Origin: Spirochaetia bacterium
Lineage (GTDB): Bacteria; Spirochaetota; Spirochaetia; SZUA-6; Bin103
DNA length: 64,000 nt
Assembly: GCA_965208575.1 (NCBI GenBank)
Contig: CBDBOV010000004.1
Coordinates: 768,001 to 832,000, forward strand
Reading direction: 5' to 3'
The notes beneath the pieces were generated by a model that did no database searches, was not told where the DNA came from, and was given only the letters and a program-made list of their open reading frames with translations. Of the stretch, positions 1-9,010 are shown in pieces. Positions within the stretch are counted from its first letter, which is position 1. The number at the start of each line of letters is the position of its first letter. Both the position numbers and the translations under genes were made by a program.

Positions 1-587
1 GCGGCACCTTCGACCTGCTGACCCAGCGGCTCGTCGATGCCTGGATGTCGCTGCCGGACCTGATCGTGCTCATGGTGATCATTGCATTCCTCGGCGGCGG
101 CATGGTGCCGATCATCGTGGTGCTCGGCGTGGCGGGGGGCATCACCGGCTCGCGCATCATCCGCGGCGCGGTGATCAGCACCAAGGAAGACGCCTACGTG
201 ATGGCGGCGGCGGCGATCGGCGGGCGCACCACGCGCGTCCTGCTGCGCCACATCCTGCCCAACGTGCTCGCGCCCGCGGTGATCCTGCTCACGCTGCGCA
301 TTCCGGCGATCATCCTTTCCGAGGCGAGCCTCAGCTTCCTCGGCTTCGGCATCCAGCCGCCGTTTCCCAGTTGGGGCGCCATGCTCAGCGGACGCAGCCG
401 CGAGTTCATGTTCGTGGCGCCGTGGACCGTGCTGTGGCCGGGCCTCGCCCTCGCCACCGTCGTGTACGGCACCAACATGTTCGGCGACGCCGCCCGCGAC
501 ATCCTCGACCCCAAGCTGCGCGGCGGCGTCGGCCGCTTCGGCGTCAAGACCGCCAAGGCCGCGAAGCGCATCAAGTCCAAACGCTGA
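1..587 (+). CDS. Peptide/nickel ABC transporter permease (DppC/OppC-like), 5' end outside window
   Basis: EAA-like motif 'YVMAAAAIGG..RVLLRHILPN', then 'ILSEASLSFLGFGIQPP..SWGAML' and 'FGDAARDILDP'. Confidence 0.9.
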   Translation, partial: GTFDLLTQRLVDAWMSLPDLIVLMVIIAFLGGGMVPIIVVLGVAGGITGSRIIRGAVISTKEDAYVMAAAAIGGRTTRVLLRHILPNVLAPAVILLTLRIPAIILSEASLSFLGFGIQPPFPSWGAMLSGRSREFMFVAPWTVLWPGLALATVVYGTNMFGDAARDILDPKLRGGVGRFGVKTAKAAKRIKSKR

Positions 588-699
588 CCCATGCGCTGTA
601 TTGGCGTGTTCTTGGGTAAACCCGGTACCCCTGACCCACTACCCAGGCGGCTCAGTTCGATCGCTTGGTCATTGCTGGCAATAGTGCTACCATCGCTCC

Positions 700-936
700 G
701 TGGACAAGGAGTTGGAACGGATCAGGCGGAGCCCCTCGAATGTCCGGTTCCACGACCTTCGGAAAGTCTGCGAACGCTACTTCGGGGAGCCGCGGCGGCA
801 CGGTAGCCACCTGATCTACCATACGCCGTGGCCGGGAGAGCCGATGGTCAACATCCAGCCACGCAAGGGTATGGCCAAGCCCTATCAGATCCGCCAAGTG
901 CTCAAGGCTATCGACAAGCTGGAGGAGGTACAGTGA
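700..936 (+). CDS. hicA: HicA-family toxin (mRNA interferase)
   Basis: 78 aa basic protein with 'RF.DL.KVC..YFG.PR..GSH' and 'AKPYQIRQV'; stop overlaps the next start (TGATG). Confidence 0.85.
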   Translation: MDKELERIRRSPSNVRFHDLRKVCERYFGEPRRHGSHLIYHTPWPGEPMVNIQPRKGMAKPYQIRQVLKAIDKLEEVQ

Positions 937-1262
937 TGGATCGCTACACCTATCGCGTTATGTGGTCCGAGGAGGACGAGGAATACGTTGGGCTGTGCGC
1001 TGAGTTCGCGTTGCTCAGCCATCTGGCCGAGACTCCGGAGAAGGCTTTTGCCGGTATCCGCGACCTGGTGGCCTTCTGCGTGGATGACTTGCGCAACAGG
1101 GGCGCTCCGGTCCCCGAGCCGCTGTCCACTCGGCGCTACAGCGGCACGCTCACTGTTCGTATTCCGCCAGAGTCCCACCGAGCTCTTGCCCTGGACGCCG
1201 CGGAAGCCGGCGTCAGCATGAATCGCTTGGCTGCTGAGCGACTGTCCTTGCGCCAGCGGTAG
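936..1262 (+). CDS. hicB: HicB-family antitoxin
   Basis: 'YTYRVMWSEEDEEYVGLCAEF..LS', C-terminal 'YSGTLTVRIPPESHRALA..A...GVSMN'; RBS GGAGG upstream. Confidence 0.88.
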   Translation: MDRYTYRVMWSEEDEEYVGLCAEFALLSHLAETPEKAFAGIRDLVAFCVDDLRNRGAPVPEPLSTRRYSGTLTVRIPPESHRALALDAAEAGVSMNRLAAERLSLRQR

Positions 1263-1421
1263 AAGTGGCACGTCTCAGTTGGCGTGGGATTCGTCAGTAC
1301 CCGCGCGCGAGCAGCGGCGGCGCAACTACCTCCCGCGCGTTTGACAGCACTCGCAGGCAGTTGTGGCCGGGCCTCGCCCTCGCCACAGTCTCTCCGCAGT
1401 CCTCGTCGTGGTGCGCGTCGC

Positions 1422-3371
1422 CTACGGACTCGTCAGGATGGTGCCCGCTGTCCCGACGGCGACGAACCTGGTGCCCGTCCACGTGACGCCACGGAGCCTG
1501 GGGGACATAGGAACCTCACTTGGCTCCATCCACGCGTCACCGTCGCTGCTATGCACGATGGTCCCACGATCTCCCACGGCAACGAAACGCGTGCCGCCCC
1601 AGGCAACGTCATGCAGCCAATCCCGGCCGGATAAGACGCTCGCCACCTTCCACGTGTCGCCATCGCCGCTGTGCACGATCGTCCCGTCGTTGCCGACCGC
1701 TACGAACCGAGTCCCGCTCCAGGCGACGCCTTCGAGGCCGCGCGTCGTAGCGCTGTCACTGGCGATTGTCCACGTATCGCCGTCGCCACTGTGCACGATC
1801 GCCCCCTCTTCGCCCACAGCTACGTACCGCGAGCCGTTCCAGGCGACTGCGTGGAGATTCTGCGCCGGAGCGCCGCCACTCGCAACCGTCCACGTATCGC
1901 CGTCGCCGCTGTGCATGATCCGCCCCCGGTCGCCCACCACCACGAACCGAGAGTCGCCCCACACTATTCCATGCAGTCTATCGCGTTGTTCGCCAAGAAG
2001 CGCGGGGTTGTTTTCGGCAGCCGTCCAGGTGTCCCCGTCGCTGCCGTGCAGAATCGTTCCCGACGATCCGACCACTACGAACCGCGTGTCGTTCCGGGCA
2101 ATGTCGCGAAGCCACCACCCCGTACCGGTATCACCGGCGCCTATCCACGTCGTGCCGTCACTGCTGCGCACAATCGTTCCGGCCCCTCCGACTGCGACGA
2201 AGCGTGCGTCATCGCTCCAAACGTCGTAGAGATCATCCCGGTTGGCAACGGAAGCCGGTTCGTCCCAAAGCGCCCCGTCCGCGCTCGTCAGGATCATTCC
2301 GTTCCGGCCGACGGCTACGAAACGCGACCCACTCCACGCTACTCCATATGGCCACGACGCCTTAGCCGTGACGCTGACGGTCGCTTCCGTCCATGTGGCG
2401 CCGTCGCTGCTGTGCACGATCAAGGGCCGCCAAGTTGTTGCGTTCCGCCGAACGTCCTTCCTAACTCCGACGGCGACGAATCGCGACCCGCTCCACGCCA
2501 CTCCCTCCAGCCACGACTCGGCTGCCGTGACGCTGACGGTCGCTTCCGTCCATGTGGCGCCGTCGCTGCTGTGCACGATCAGGGCCGCTCCGTCTTTCCA
2601 ACCGACGGCGACGAAACGCGACCCGTCCCACGCTATTCCATTCAGATCCGCTGACCCCGCCGTGACGCTGGCGGTCGCTTCCGTCCATGTGGCGCCGTCG
2701 CTGCTGTGCACGATCAGGGACTGCGTGGACGTTCCGTCCGACCACCAGCCGACGGCAACGAAACGCGACCCGCTCCATGCCACTCCTTCCAGTCCTTCCA
2801 GCCTCGCTTCGGCTGCCGTGACGCTAACGCTTGCATCCGTCCACGTGTCGCCATCGCCGCTGTGCACGATCGTCCCGTCGTTGCCGACCGCTACGAACCG
2901 AGCCCCGCTCCAGGCGACTCCTTTGAGGCCGAGCGTCGTAGCGCTGTCACTGGCGATTGTCCACGTATCGCCATCGCCACTGTGCACGATCGTCCCCTCG
3001 TCGCCCACAGCTACGTACCGCGAGCCGTTCCAGCCGACTGCGTGGAGATGCTGCGACGGAGCGCCGCCACTCGCAGCCGTCCACATGTCGCCGTCGCCGC
3101 TGTGCACGATGCTTCCGTCCTGGCCGACGGCAACGAACCGCGTCCCTCCCCAGACGATGTCGCGATGACTTCTGTTCCATTCGCCGTTCGGAGATTGAAC
3201 GCCCCCGCCTTGCCGCACCAGTGTCCACTGCAGTCCCGGTTCTGGCAGGGGCGTCGGGTTCGCTCCCGGCTCGGTGGCTGGCACCGCCGCCCTGCAGGCA
3301 ACCAGACCGACACCCATGGCTGCCAAGACCACCAAAGCCAGCGTCCGTCGGCATGCTCCCATAATCGTCAT
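1422..3371 (-). CDS. Lipoprotein with BNR/Asp-box beta-propeller repeats
   Basis: About 12 repeats of 'L.GVAWSGSRFVAVG..GTIVHS.DG.TW'; lipobox 'GLVAC'; start placed at ATG 3371 rather than the longer ORF start. Confidence 0.8.
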   Translation of the reverse strand: MTIMGACRRTLALVVLAAMGVGLVACRAAVPATEPGANPTPLPEPGLQWTLVRQGGGVQSPNGEWNRSHRDIVWGGTRFVAVGQDGSIVHSGDGDMWTAASGGAPSQHLHAVGWNGSRYVAVGDEGTIVHSGDGDTWTIASDSATTLGLKGVAWSGARFVAVGNDGTIVHSGDGDTWTDASVSVTAAEARLEGLEGVAWSGSRFVAVGWWSDGTSTQSLIVHSSDGATWTEATASVTAGSADLNGIAWDGSRFVAVGWKDGAALIVHSSDGATWTEATVSVTAAESWLEGVAWSGSRFVAVGVRKDVRRNATTWRPLIVHSSDGATWTEATVSVTAKASWPYGVAWSGSRFVAVGRNGMILTSADGALWDEPASVANRDDLYDVWSDDARFVAVGGAGTIVRSSDGTTWIGAGDTGTGWWLRDIARNDTRFVVVGSSGTILHGSDGDTWTAAENNPALLGEQRDRLHGIVWGDSRFVVVGDRGRIMHSGDGDTWTVASGGAPAQNLHAVAWNGSRYVAVGEEGAIVHSGDGDTWTIASDSATTRGLEGVAWSGTRFVAVGNDGTIVHSGDGDTWKVASVLSGRDWLHDVAWGGTRFVAVGDRGTIVHSSDGDAWMEPSEVPMSPRLRGVTWTGTRFVAVGTAGTILTSP

Positions 3372-3667
3372 ACTAATCGCCCCGAAGTAATCGTATCGGA
3401 CGTCATCGAGCTGACTCACGGTCGTGCCGCCTGAATCGTCAGTATGAGACTCACGCCGAATCCTTATCTTCATCTTCATATTGTCTCCTTGTTCTTGCCC
3501 TCCATGGCATGACCAATTGAACACAACGCAACGGCGTTGCTGCCAGACCCTGACCCGGCTCTGCATCGCGCAGACGCCCTTACACTATGTTCGCTCACGT
3601 CGAACTCCTTTGGGTGCCAAACACCAAAGATCCACCGCTCCCCGTGGCTTCCCTTTCGAAATGTGAC

Positions 3668-4699
3668 TCACTCGGTCTTTCTCAGGAAGAAGAACCTTCC
3701 GTAGTGACCATATCTGTGTCGAGTCACCCACATGTCCGTAGTTCTGTCGTACTTCAGCTCATGATAATAGTAGGAGAACGCTACCTGGTTCTCGATGCCG
3801 GTAGGAGCATATGCTACGCGAAGCTCACGACCAACCCACATTTTACTGAGTTCGTCAGTGGTAACACCGTCTTGAGTACCGCTGGTCACCGTGAAGTAGA
3901 AAAAGTTCTCGTCAGGAACGTGCCGAATGCTTCCCGTCAGTATCCAGACTTCGCTCGTCGCTCCAATCTCGACGTAGCGTTCCGTGAACGTATTGTCGTC
4001 AATCGTGAACGTGTAGACACCGGTCGACTGTCCTTCTTCTCGATCGATGGGGTGCTCAAATACCCAGGTTCCGACAATGGATCCCGGAATGGGATCTCTG
4101 ACTCTCGTGTAACGCCAGAAACGAGTTTCGGCATCCTCCGTTGGCCACTGGTGAATGAATACCACGTCCTCACCTGCCCAGACGTATTGCTTGTCGACAC
4201 TTCTCTCAACAAGCTCATCGTCATGGTAATCCATCCACTTCCGAGTTATGGTGCTACCGTCAACTACCCAGGTGCCGCTGGCAGCCGACTGATAATCGAA
4301 TGTACCGTCATCGAGCAACCCGAGCTCGTGCTCGATCCATCGACTCTTGGTAAACGTCACTGTGTATTTGATGGTGCCAACGTGCTCGTCATTCTTGTAG
4401 TAACCTCCCGTCGTCGTCCAGGTCCCCAACAGCGTAGGCTCGACCTTCTCTACCTGTTCTTCCGGCTCCGTCGTAGTCTTCGGAGTCGCCGCCGTGCAAC
4501 TATTGCCAAGGATCGTCACGAACACGACCAGTAATACCATCAGTCCGAACCGCAATACCGTGCGGCCTGCGGAATCCTCCGTACTATTCCCGCTCATCTT
4601 TGGTGAATACCCTTTCGTAATACCCATAGGGACGAAACCTATTACCGTAGGCCTCGTGCAACCGCATGTTGGTGGGAGGCTCACGTCCTTTGCCATCAC
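3668..4699 (-). CDS. Hypothetical lipoprotein with two tandem beta-rich (lipocalin-like?) domains; true start probably ~4540-4600
   Basis: Hydrophobic stretch ending 'LGNSC'; two units starting 'LLGTW' and 'IVGTW'; visibly lower GC. Confidence 0.65.
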   Translation of the reverse strand: MMAKDVSLPPTCGCTRPTVIGFVPMGITKGYSPKMSGNSTEDSAGRTVLRFGLMVLLVVFVTILGNSCTAATPKTTTEPEEQVEKVEPTLLGTWTTTGGYYKNDEHVGTIKYTVTFTKSRWIEHELGLLDDGTFDYQSAASGTWVVDGSTITRKWMDYHDDELVERSVDKQYVWAGEDVVFIHQWPTEDAETRFWRYTRVRDPIPGSIVGTWVFEHPIDREEGQSTGVYTFTIDDNTFTERYVEIGATSEVWILTGSIRHVPDENFFYFTVTSGTQDGVTTDELSKMWVGRELRVAYAPTGIENQVAFSYYYHELKYDRTTDMWVTRHRYGHYGRFFFLRKTE

Positions 4700-5550
4700 T
4701 CTCCCTGCTTTGCGAGGATATGCGAGTACTGCCCGAACGCCGGCATCGGCAAGTCCGGCTGCCCAGGTTCATGTGCCCACCACGAGATGAGGATACGACC
4801 GTCGCCGGTCGGCGCGTAGGCCCATCGCCACGGTCCCTCACGTGGCGGCGCGTCTTCGCCGCGGTTCGTGGCCGACAGGTCGCTCGCGTGGATGTAGTAC
4901 AGATCCGCGTGATGTTCGTAATTCCCAACCAGGATGTAATCCCAGCGGCCAGGCGAGACCGAGTGGTAACGGAATGTCCCGTCGGCTCTCAGCGTGAACG
5001 TCCAGCGTAGCGTGTCCTCATCGTCTCGCGGCACGCGCTCCCACGTGCCGACGATGTCCGGCGCCGCGTCCTCGACTCGCTGGTAGATCGTCAGATCCTC
5101 GGCGTCATCGTCCCAGAACTCCAGGATCAAGCGGCCGTCCTCGGCAAATAGGTAGCTCTTCTCCGTCGTTACGATCGCTTCCTCTTTACGTTCGCGCTTC
5201 GTGATCGTTTCGTCGTCGGCACTCCAACCGCCTGAGCTGGAACCCCAGGGCTCCAACACGGTAGTACCGTCGAAGGCGAAGTGCTCACGGAACCCGACCC
5301 ACCGTTCGCCGGTAAACGTCAGCGTCTCGTGAATGAATCCTGTCTTATCCCATGAGCCGTCCTCGTTTTGCTCCCAGAAGTCGATGTCGGTGGTCTTCCA
5401 CGTCCCGATGAGCCTCTGCTTCGGCGTGAGTGGCGGCGGTTCTGGTTCCGGCTCGGGCTCCGCCGTCTTCGGCGTAGCGCCCGAGCACGCCGCGATCAGC
5501 ACCGGCATGACCAACAGGAGCGGAAGGACGGCTCTCCAAGTTTGCTTCAT
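4696..5550 (-). CDS. Hypothetical lipoprotein, paralog of the adjacent gene
   Basis: RBS AAGGAG; signal peptide with lipobox 'LIAAC'; 'LIGTW' and 'IVGTW' units; shares 'AYAPTG' with the neighbour. Confidence 0.75.
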   Translation of the reverse strand: MKQTWRAVLPLLLVMPVLIAACSGATPKTAEPEPEPEPPPLTPKQRLIGTWKTTDIDFWEQNEDGSWDKTGFIHETLTFTGERWVGFREHFAFDGTTVLEPWGSSSGGWSADDETITKRERKEEAIVTTEKSYLFAEDGRLILEFWDDDAEDLTIYQRVEDAAPDIVGTWERVPRDDEDTLRWTFTLRADGTFRYHSVSPGRWDYILVGNYEHHADLYYIHASDLSATNRGEDAPPREGPWRWAYAPTGDGRILISWWAHEPGQPDLPMPAFGQYSHILAKQGE

Positions 5551-5670
5551 AGTGTAACTCCTTGCTTACCCCGGCCCGATTTTTGACCCGCGGCTATCGT
5601 CACTTGACGGCGCTGCTGCAACCGATGAGCAACGCCAACAACCCAATCGTGTCTTCCTACTTGGCATTGA

Positions 5671-5723
5671 ACTATTCCACGCCAGTCCGTGCGGCCGCGC
5701 CCCCAAAATTGGGGGTTTTTCGG
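5671..5723 (-). promoter_or_regulatory. Palindromic operator CCCCCAAAATTGGGGG (5700-5715) with putative -10 (copy A)
   Basis: Motif recurs at 6332-6347 and 7133-7148; copies A and B also share ACTATTCCACGCC. Confidence 0.6.
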
Positions 5724-5799
5724 CCATCCGAAGTTGTCGAGAGCCAATCGATGAGGGCGACGGTGGTCTGCCCGTACCGAATGGGACCCTGAGCGGGGC

Positions 5800-6090
5800 G
5801 TCAGCACACGAAACGGACCCTTCGCACCAAGCCCGCCTGCAGCGTGATGCCGAGCCCCGCGTAAATCTGCTTGACCAGTGAAGCCCGGCGATATGTTCTA
5901 TCGTGCCCGCGCGTCGTGCGGGGAGTCCGACGCTACGGGCTCCGCTTCGGGACGTGGTGCGCCGACAGGACCAAGCGTACCAAGTCCGCCTGTCGCGAGA
6001 TGGTGGCGGCGGCGCTGGCGGAAGGCAACACGGTGGGTGAGATCGCGACGGCGACGTTCCGCGCGGAGAGTTCCGTTCGGTGGCATCAAT
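5800..6090. pseudogene. Fragments of LuxR-family HTH coding sequence in both orientations
   Basis: Minus strand: 'LVKQIYAGLGITLQAGLVR' and 'ISRQADLVRLVLS'; plus strand: 'VAAALAEGNTVGEIATATFRAESSVRW'. Confidence 0.7.
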
Positions 6091-6303
6091 CTCGCGGTGC
6101 CAAATCCCCGTATGTTGCCACACGCCGCTCAGCCCAGGACCGGTTGGCGGAGGTGTCCGGTGCGGTCCGGTTCGCGATCGCGGTGTACGACCCTCTCGCA
6201 GCCGGTGACGGCAAGTACCAGCAGACCCATCAGGACCGCTCTGAATAATAACCTCGCGGTGTCCTCCTACGCGGGCTCGTCCGGCCCGATCGACTTCGAT
6301 TTC

Positions 6304-6355
6304 ACTATTCCACGCCGATCCGCGACCTGCACCCCCAAAACTGGGGGTTTTTCGG
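6304..6355 (-). promoter_or_regulatory. Palindromic operator ACCCCCAAAACTGGGGGT with putative -10 (copy B)
   Basis: Near copy of 5671-5723. Confidence 0.6.
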
Positions 6356-6432
6356 GTGTTCGTGGCTGTGGAGCACGGGGCGGTGGGGCGACGGTGCTCG
6401 GATGCGCCGATGCGGACGGTTCTGACGGGATT

Positions 6433-7113
6433 TCAGCGCATGGACAGGACGATTCGGACCAAGTCCGCCTGCCGCGAGATCCCGAGCTTGGCGTAGATCT
6501 GTTTGACCAGCCAACGCACCGTGCTTTCCGCCCGGAACGTGGTCTTGGCGATCTCGCGCACCGTGCTGCCTTCGGCCAGCGCAGCCGCCACTTGGCTCTC
6601 GGCACTGGTGAGGCCGAAAGTCTCCGCCACCAGGTCGGCGTCGACGTTGGGCCTGCTGGCCGGGTCCATTATCAACACGAGCGCGGCCGCGTTCCGTGCG
6701 CCAATTTCCAGCCGACGGACGCGATGGATGCCGACGGGGTTGATATGCACCACCAGCCTTGGCAGCAGCGGTGAGCGCTCCAACGTCATCGAGCCGCCTG
6801 CCACCTGGCGGCCGCGTACCGCCAACGCTTCCTTCAGCAACCTGCCCAGTCTGACGTCGTCGGTTGCCGAGCGCGCGTGCAGCACGCCGTCGCGATTCGC
6901 TAACGCACGGCCTTGGCGGAGGATCTTGCGGGCGCGGGAGTTCGCCCTGACGATTTTCCCGCGGCGGTCCAGGAAGACTGCCCCAACCATAGCGTTGGCC
7001 AGCAGTCCGGCGAGAGAGGTGCCCAGAGTGTGGGCGCGCACAAGGATGGGGCGATGCATGTGTCGGATATCTTCCAGTTCGAAATCCCGAGTTCCTGCGC
7101 AGATACCGTACAT
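6433..7113 (-). pseudogene. N-terminally truncated PAS-LuxR transcriptional regulator
   Basis: Aligns by eye to the C-terminal ~60% of the 7608-8756 protein; N-terminal sensor region missing. Confidence 0.7.
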
Positions 7114-7132
7114 GCGGCCCGGCTTGGCATCG

Positions 7133-7155
7133 CCCCCTAAACTGGGGGTTCTCGG
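7133..7155 (-). promoter_or_regulatory. Palindromic operator CCCCCTAAACTGGGGG (copy C)
   Basis: Third copy of the motif, followed by TTCTCGG like copies A and B. Confidence 0.5.
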
Positions 7156-7227
7156 TCTACTGAAGGGGACGGGGTTGCTGGAGGCTCCGGCACGATGCCC
7201 CCAATGAGCGATCTCTCAAGACCTCAC

Positions 7228-7545
7228 GCTGAGCGAACGGTCAGCACCAATAAGACCGGGTGGCCTGCCGGGAGATTCCCAACGTGCCGGCACGTCCCTG
7301 CCCGGAGTCCGGCGCTACGGGCTCCGCTTCAGGTAAAGACAAAATCGCCCACTTCTATCTCACTGCCCGCTTGGAACTTACCGACAGCGCAATTGGCTCC
7401 TCCATCCAATCAGCACGGGCGGGGCCGCGCTCTGTGCGCCGATTTCCGGCCGATGGACGCGATGGATGCCCACCGGTTGACATGTACCACCCGCCTCGGC
7501 GGCATCGGTAAGCGCTCTACCCTCATCGAGCCTCTCGGTGACCGT
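7228..7545 (-). pseudogene. Further decayed LuxR paralog fragments
   Basis: 7240-7283 resembles 7620-7663; ~7410-7535 resembles ~6670-6795 with indels. Confidence 0.6.
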
Positions 7546-7607
7546 GTGCCCGCGAGGTGTCTGAGGCCTGGGGCACATGTGCTCGGCGCTATCTCTCTTA
7601 CCTTGGC

Positions 7608-8756
7608 TCAGCGCGCGGACAGCACCAATCGGACCAGGTCGGCCTGCCGGGAGATTCCCAACTTGCTGTGGATCTGCTTGATGAGCCACCGCACGGTGCT
7701 CTCCGCTCGGAACGTCGTCTTGGCAATCTCGCGAACCGTGCTGCCTTCAGCCAAGGCGACCGCCACCTGGCTCTCGGCGCGGGTAAGGCGGAGGGTCTCC
7801 GCAACGAGGTCGGCGTCGATGCTCAGCCTGTTTCCCGGGTCGACGATAAGCACGAGTGCGGCCGCGCTCCGTGCGCCGATGTCAAGCTGATCGACATTGA
7901 CACACACTGGGTTGACATGCACCACCAACCTCGGCAGCAGCGGTGAACGCTCCACAGACATCGAGCCGCTCGCCGCTTGGCGTCCGCCTTCTGCCAACGC
8001 GTCATCCAGAAAACGGCCGAGTCTGGCGTCGTCGGTCGCCAGGCGGGCGCGCAGCACGCCGTCCCGGTCCGACAGCCCATCGCCTTGGCGAAGGATCTCA
8101 CGGGCGCTGCCGTTGGCATCCAATATGCGCCCGCGCCGGTTCAGGAACACCACGCCCACCTGGTTGTTGTCGAGCAGACTACTGAAGGTGAGGCCGAGGG
8201 CCTCGGCGCGCACAAGTGCGTGACGAACCCGGACGAACTGCCGGATGTGCCCGAGAATGTGTCGTATGGACTCGATATCAGCGGAATTCCAACCGTCGGC
8301 GGCTACCGGATCGGCAATGCCGATGAGAATGTCCAACCCATCCGGGCCGTCCATTCGCGCGTTCCAACCATCCTGGCAGTCTGACATGCGTAGCGCTTCG
8401 TTGTAGGTCGGTGAACGGTTCAACTCCGGTTCGGTGAACATCTTGGTCACATGTACCAGGCCCTCGTCAGGGAGCCGCATGAAGCGAGGTATGCGTTCAT
8501 CCTGGGAGAAGTATCGTTCGACGTACAGCTTCGCGAGATCCAGCCGAAGTTCGCCGCGGAAACAGAGCCGATCAAAGAGCCACTCAGGGCGTGCGGGTGG
8601 CGCACGTGATCCATCACGGTCTACGACAACAAGGTGCATCCCCTGAGTGCCGAGCGCTTCATCGATCAGCGCCGAGGCTGCGACCCAGCCCGCGTCGCCG
8701 AGCATCGCTCCATGCAACGACTCGACAGCACGATCGATCTTGTCCTGCTGGTCCAT
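7608..8756 (-). CDS. LuxR-family regulator (N-terminal sensor, PAS-like domain, LuxR HTH)
   Basis: 'LRLTRAESQVAVALAEGSTVREIA....RAESTVRWLIKQIHSKLGISRQADLVRLVL'; strong RBS before ATG 8756. Confidence 0.88.
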   Translation of the reverse strand: MDQQDKIDRAVESLHGAMLGDAGWVAASALIDEALGTQGMHLVVVDRDGSRAPPARPEWLFDRLCFRGELRLDLAKLYVERYFSQDERIPRFMRLPDEGLVHVTKMFTEPELNRSPTYNEALRMSDCQDGWNARMDGPDGLDILIGIADPVAADGWNSADIESIRHILGHIRQFVRVRHALVRAEALGLTFSSLLDNNQVGVVFLNRRGRILDANGSAREILRQGDGLSDRDGVLRARLATDDARLGRFLDDALAEGGRQAASGSMSVERSPLLPRLVVHVNPVCVNVDQLDIGARSAAALVLIVDPGNRLSIDADLVAETLRLTRAESQVAVALAEGSTVREIAKTTFRAESTVRWLIKQIHSKLGISRQADLVRLVLSAR

Positions 8757-8935
8757 GTCCCTCCTCCTGCGATACGCCGAAGAGCCGGTGAGGTGTACGA
8801 TCATTATTGAAGGACCACCATAACAGGTTGTTCATGTTCTGTCCGTATCCTTCCCTCAAGCCCGACCCTACCCTTGCGGCACGGGTGCGCGTGGCTGGGT
8901 GGCGGGAGCAATGCCCCGACTGCCCCGCGGTGGGT

Positions 8936-8964
8936 TTGACAGGCGGCGCGGCCGCCGGTAGCCT
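8936..8964 (+). promoter_or_regulatory. Putative sigma70 promoter TTGACA-N17-TAGCCT
   Basis: Consensus -35, 17-bp spacer, 46 bp upstream of the SBP ATG. Confidence 0.55.
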
Positions 8965-9010
8965 GCTCCCAGCGGCTGCTTCGCAGCCGGAATTTAACAG
9001 GAGGTATTGC

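Noticed and set aside
1422-3371. CRISPR-like or DGR template/variable repeat pairs in the BNR gene
   Set aside because: Repeats are in-frame protein repeats, differences are not visibly adenine-specific, and no reverse transcriptase is present.
8807-9010. Riboswitch upstream of the family-5 binding protein
   Set aside because: A good promoter lies only ~45 bp from the ATG, leaving room for just one small hairpin; no known aptamer motif seen.
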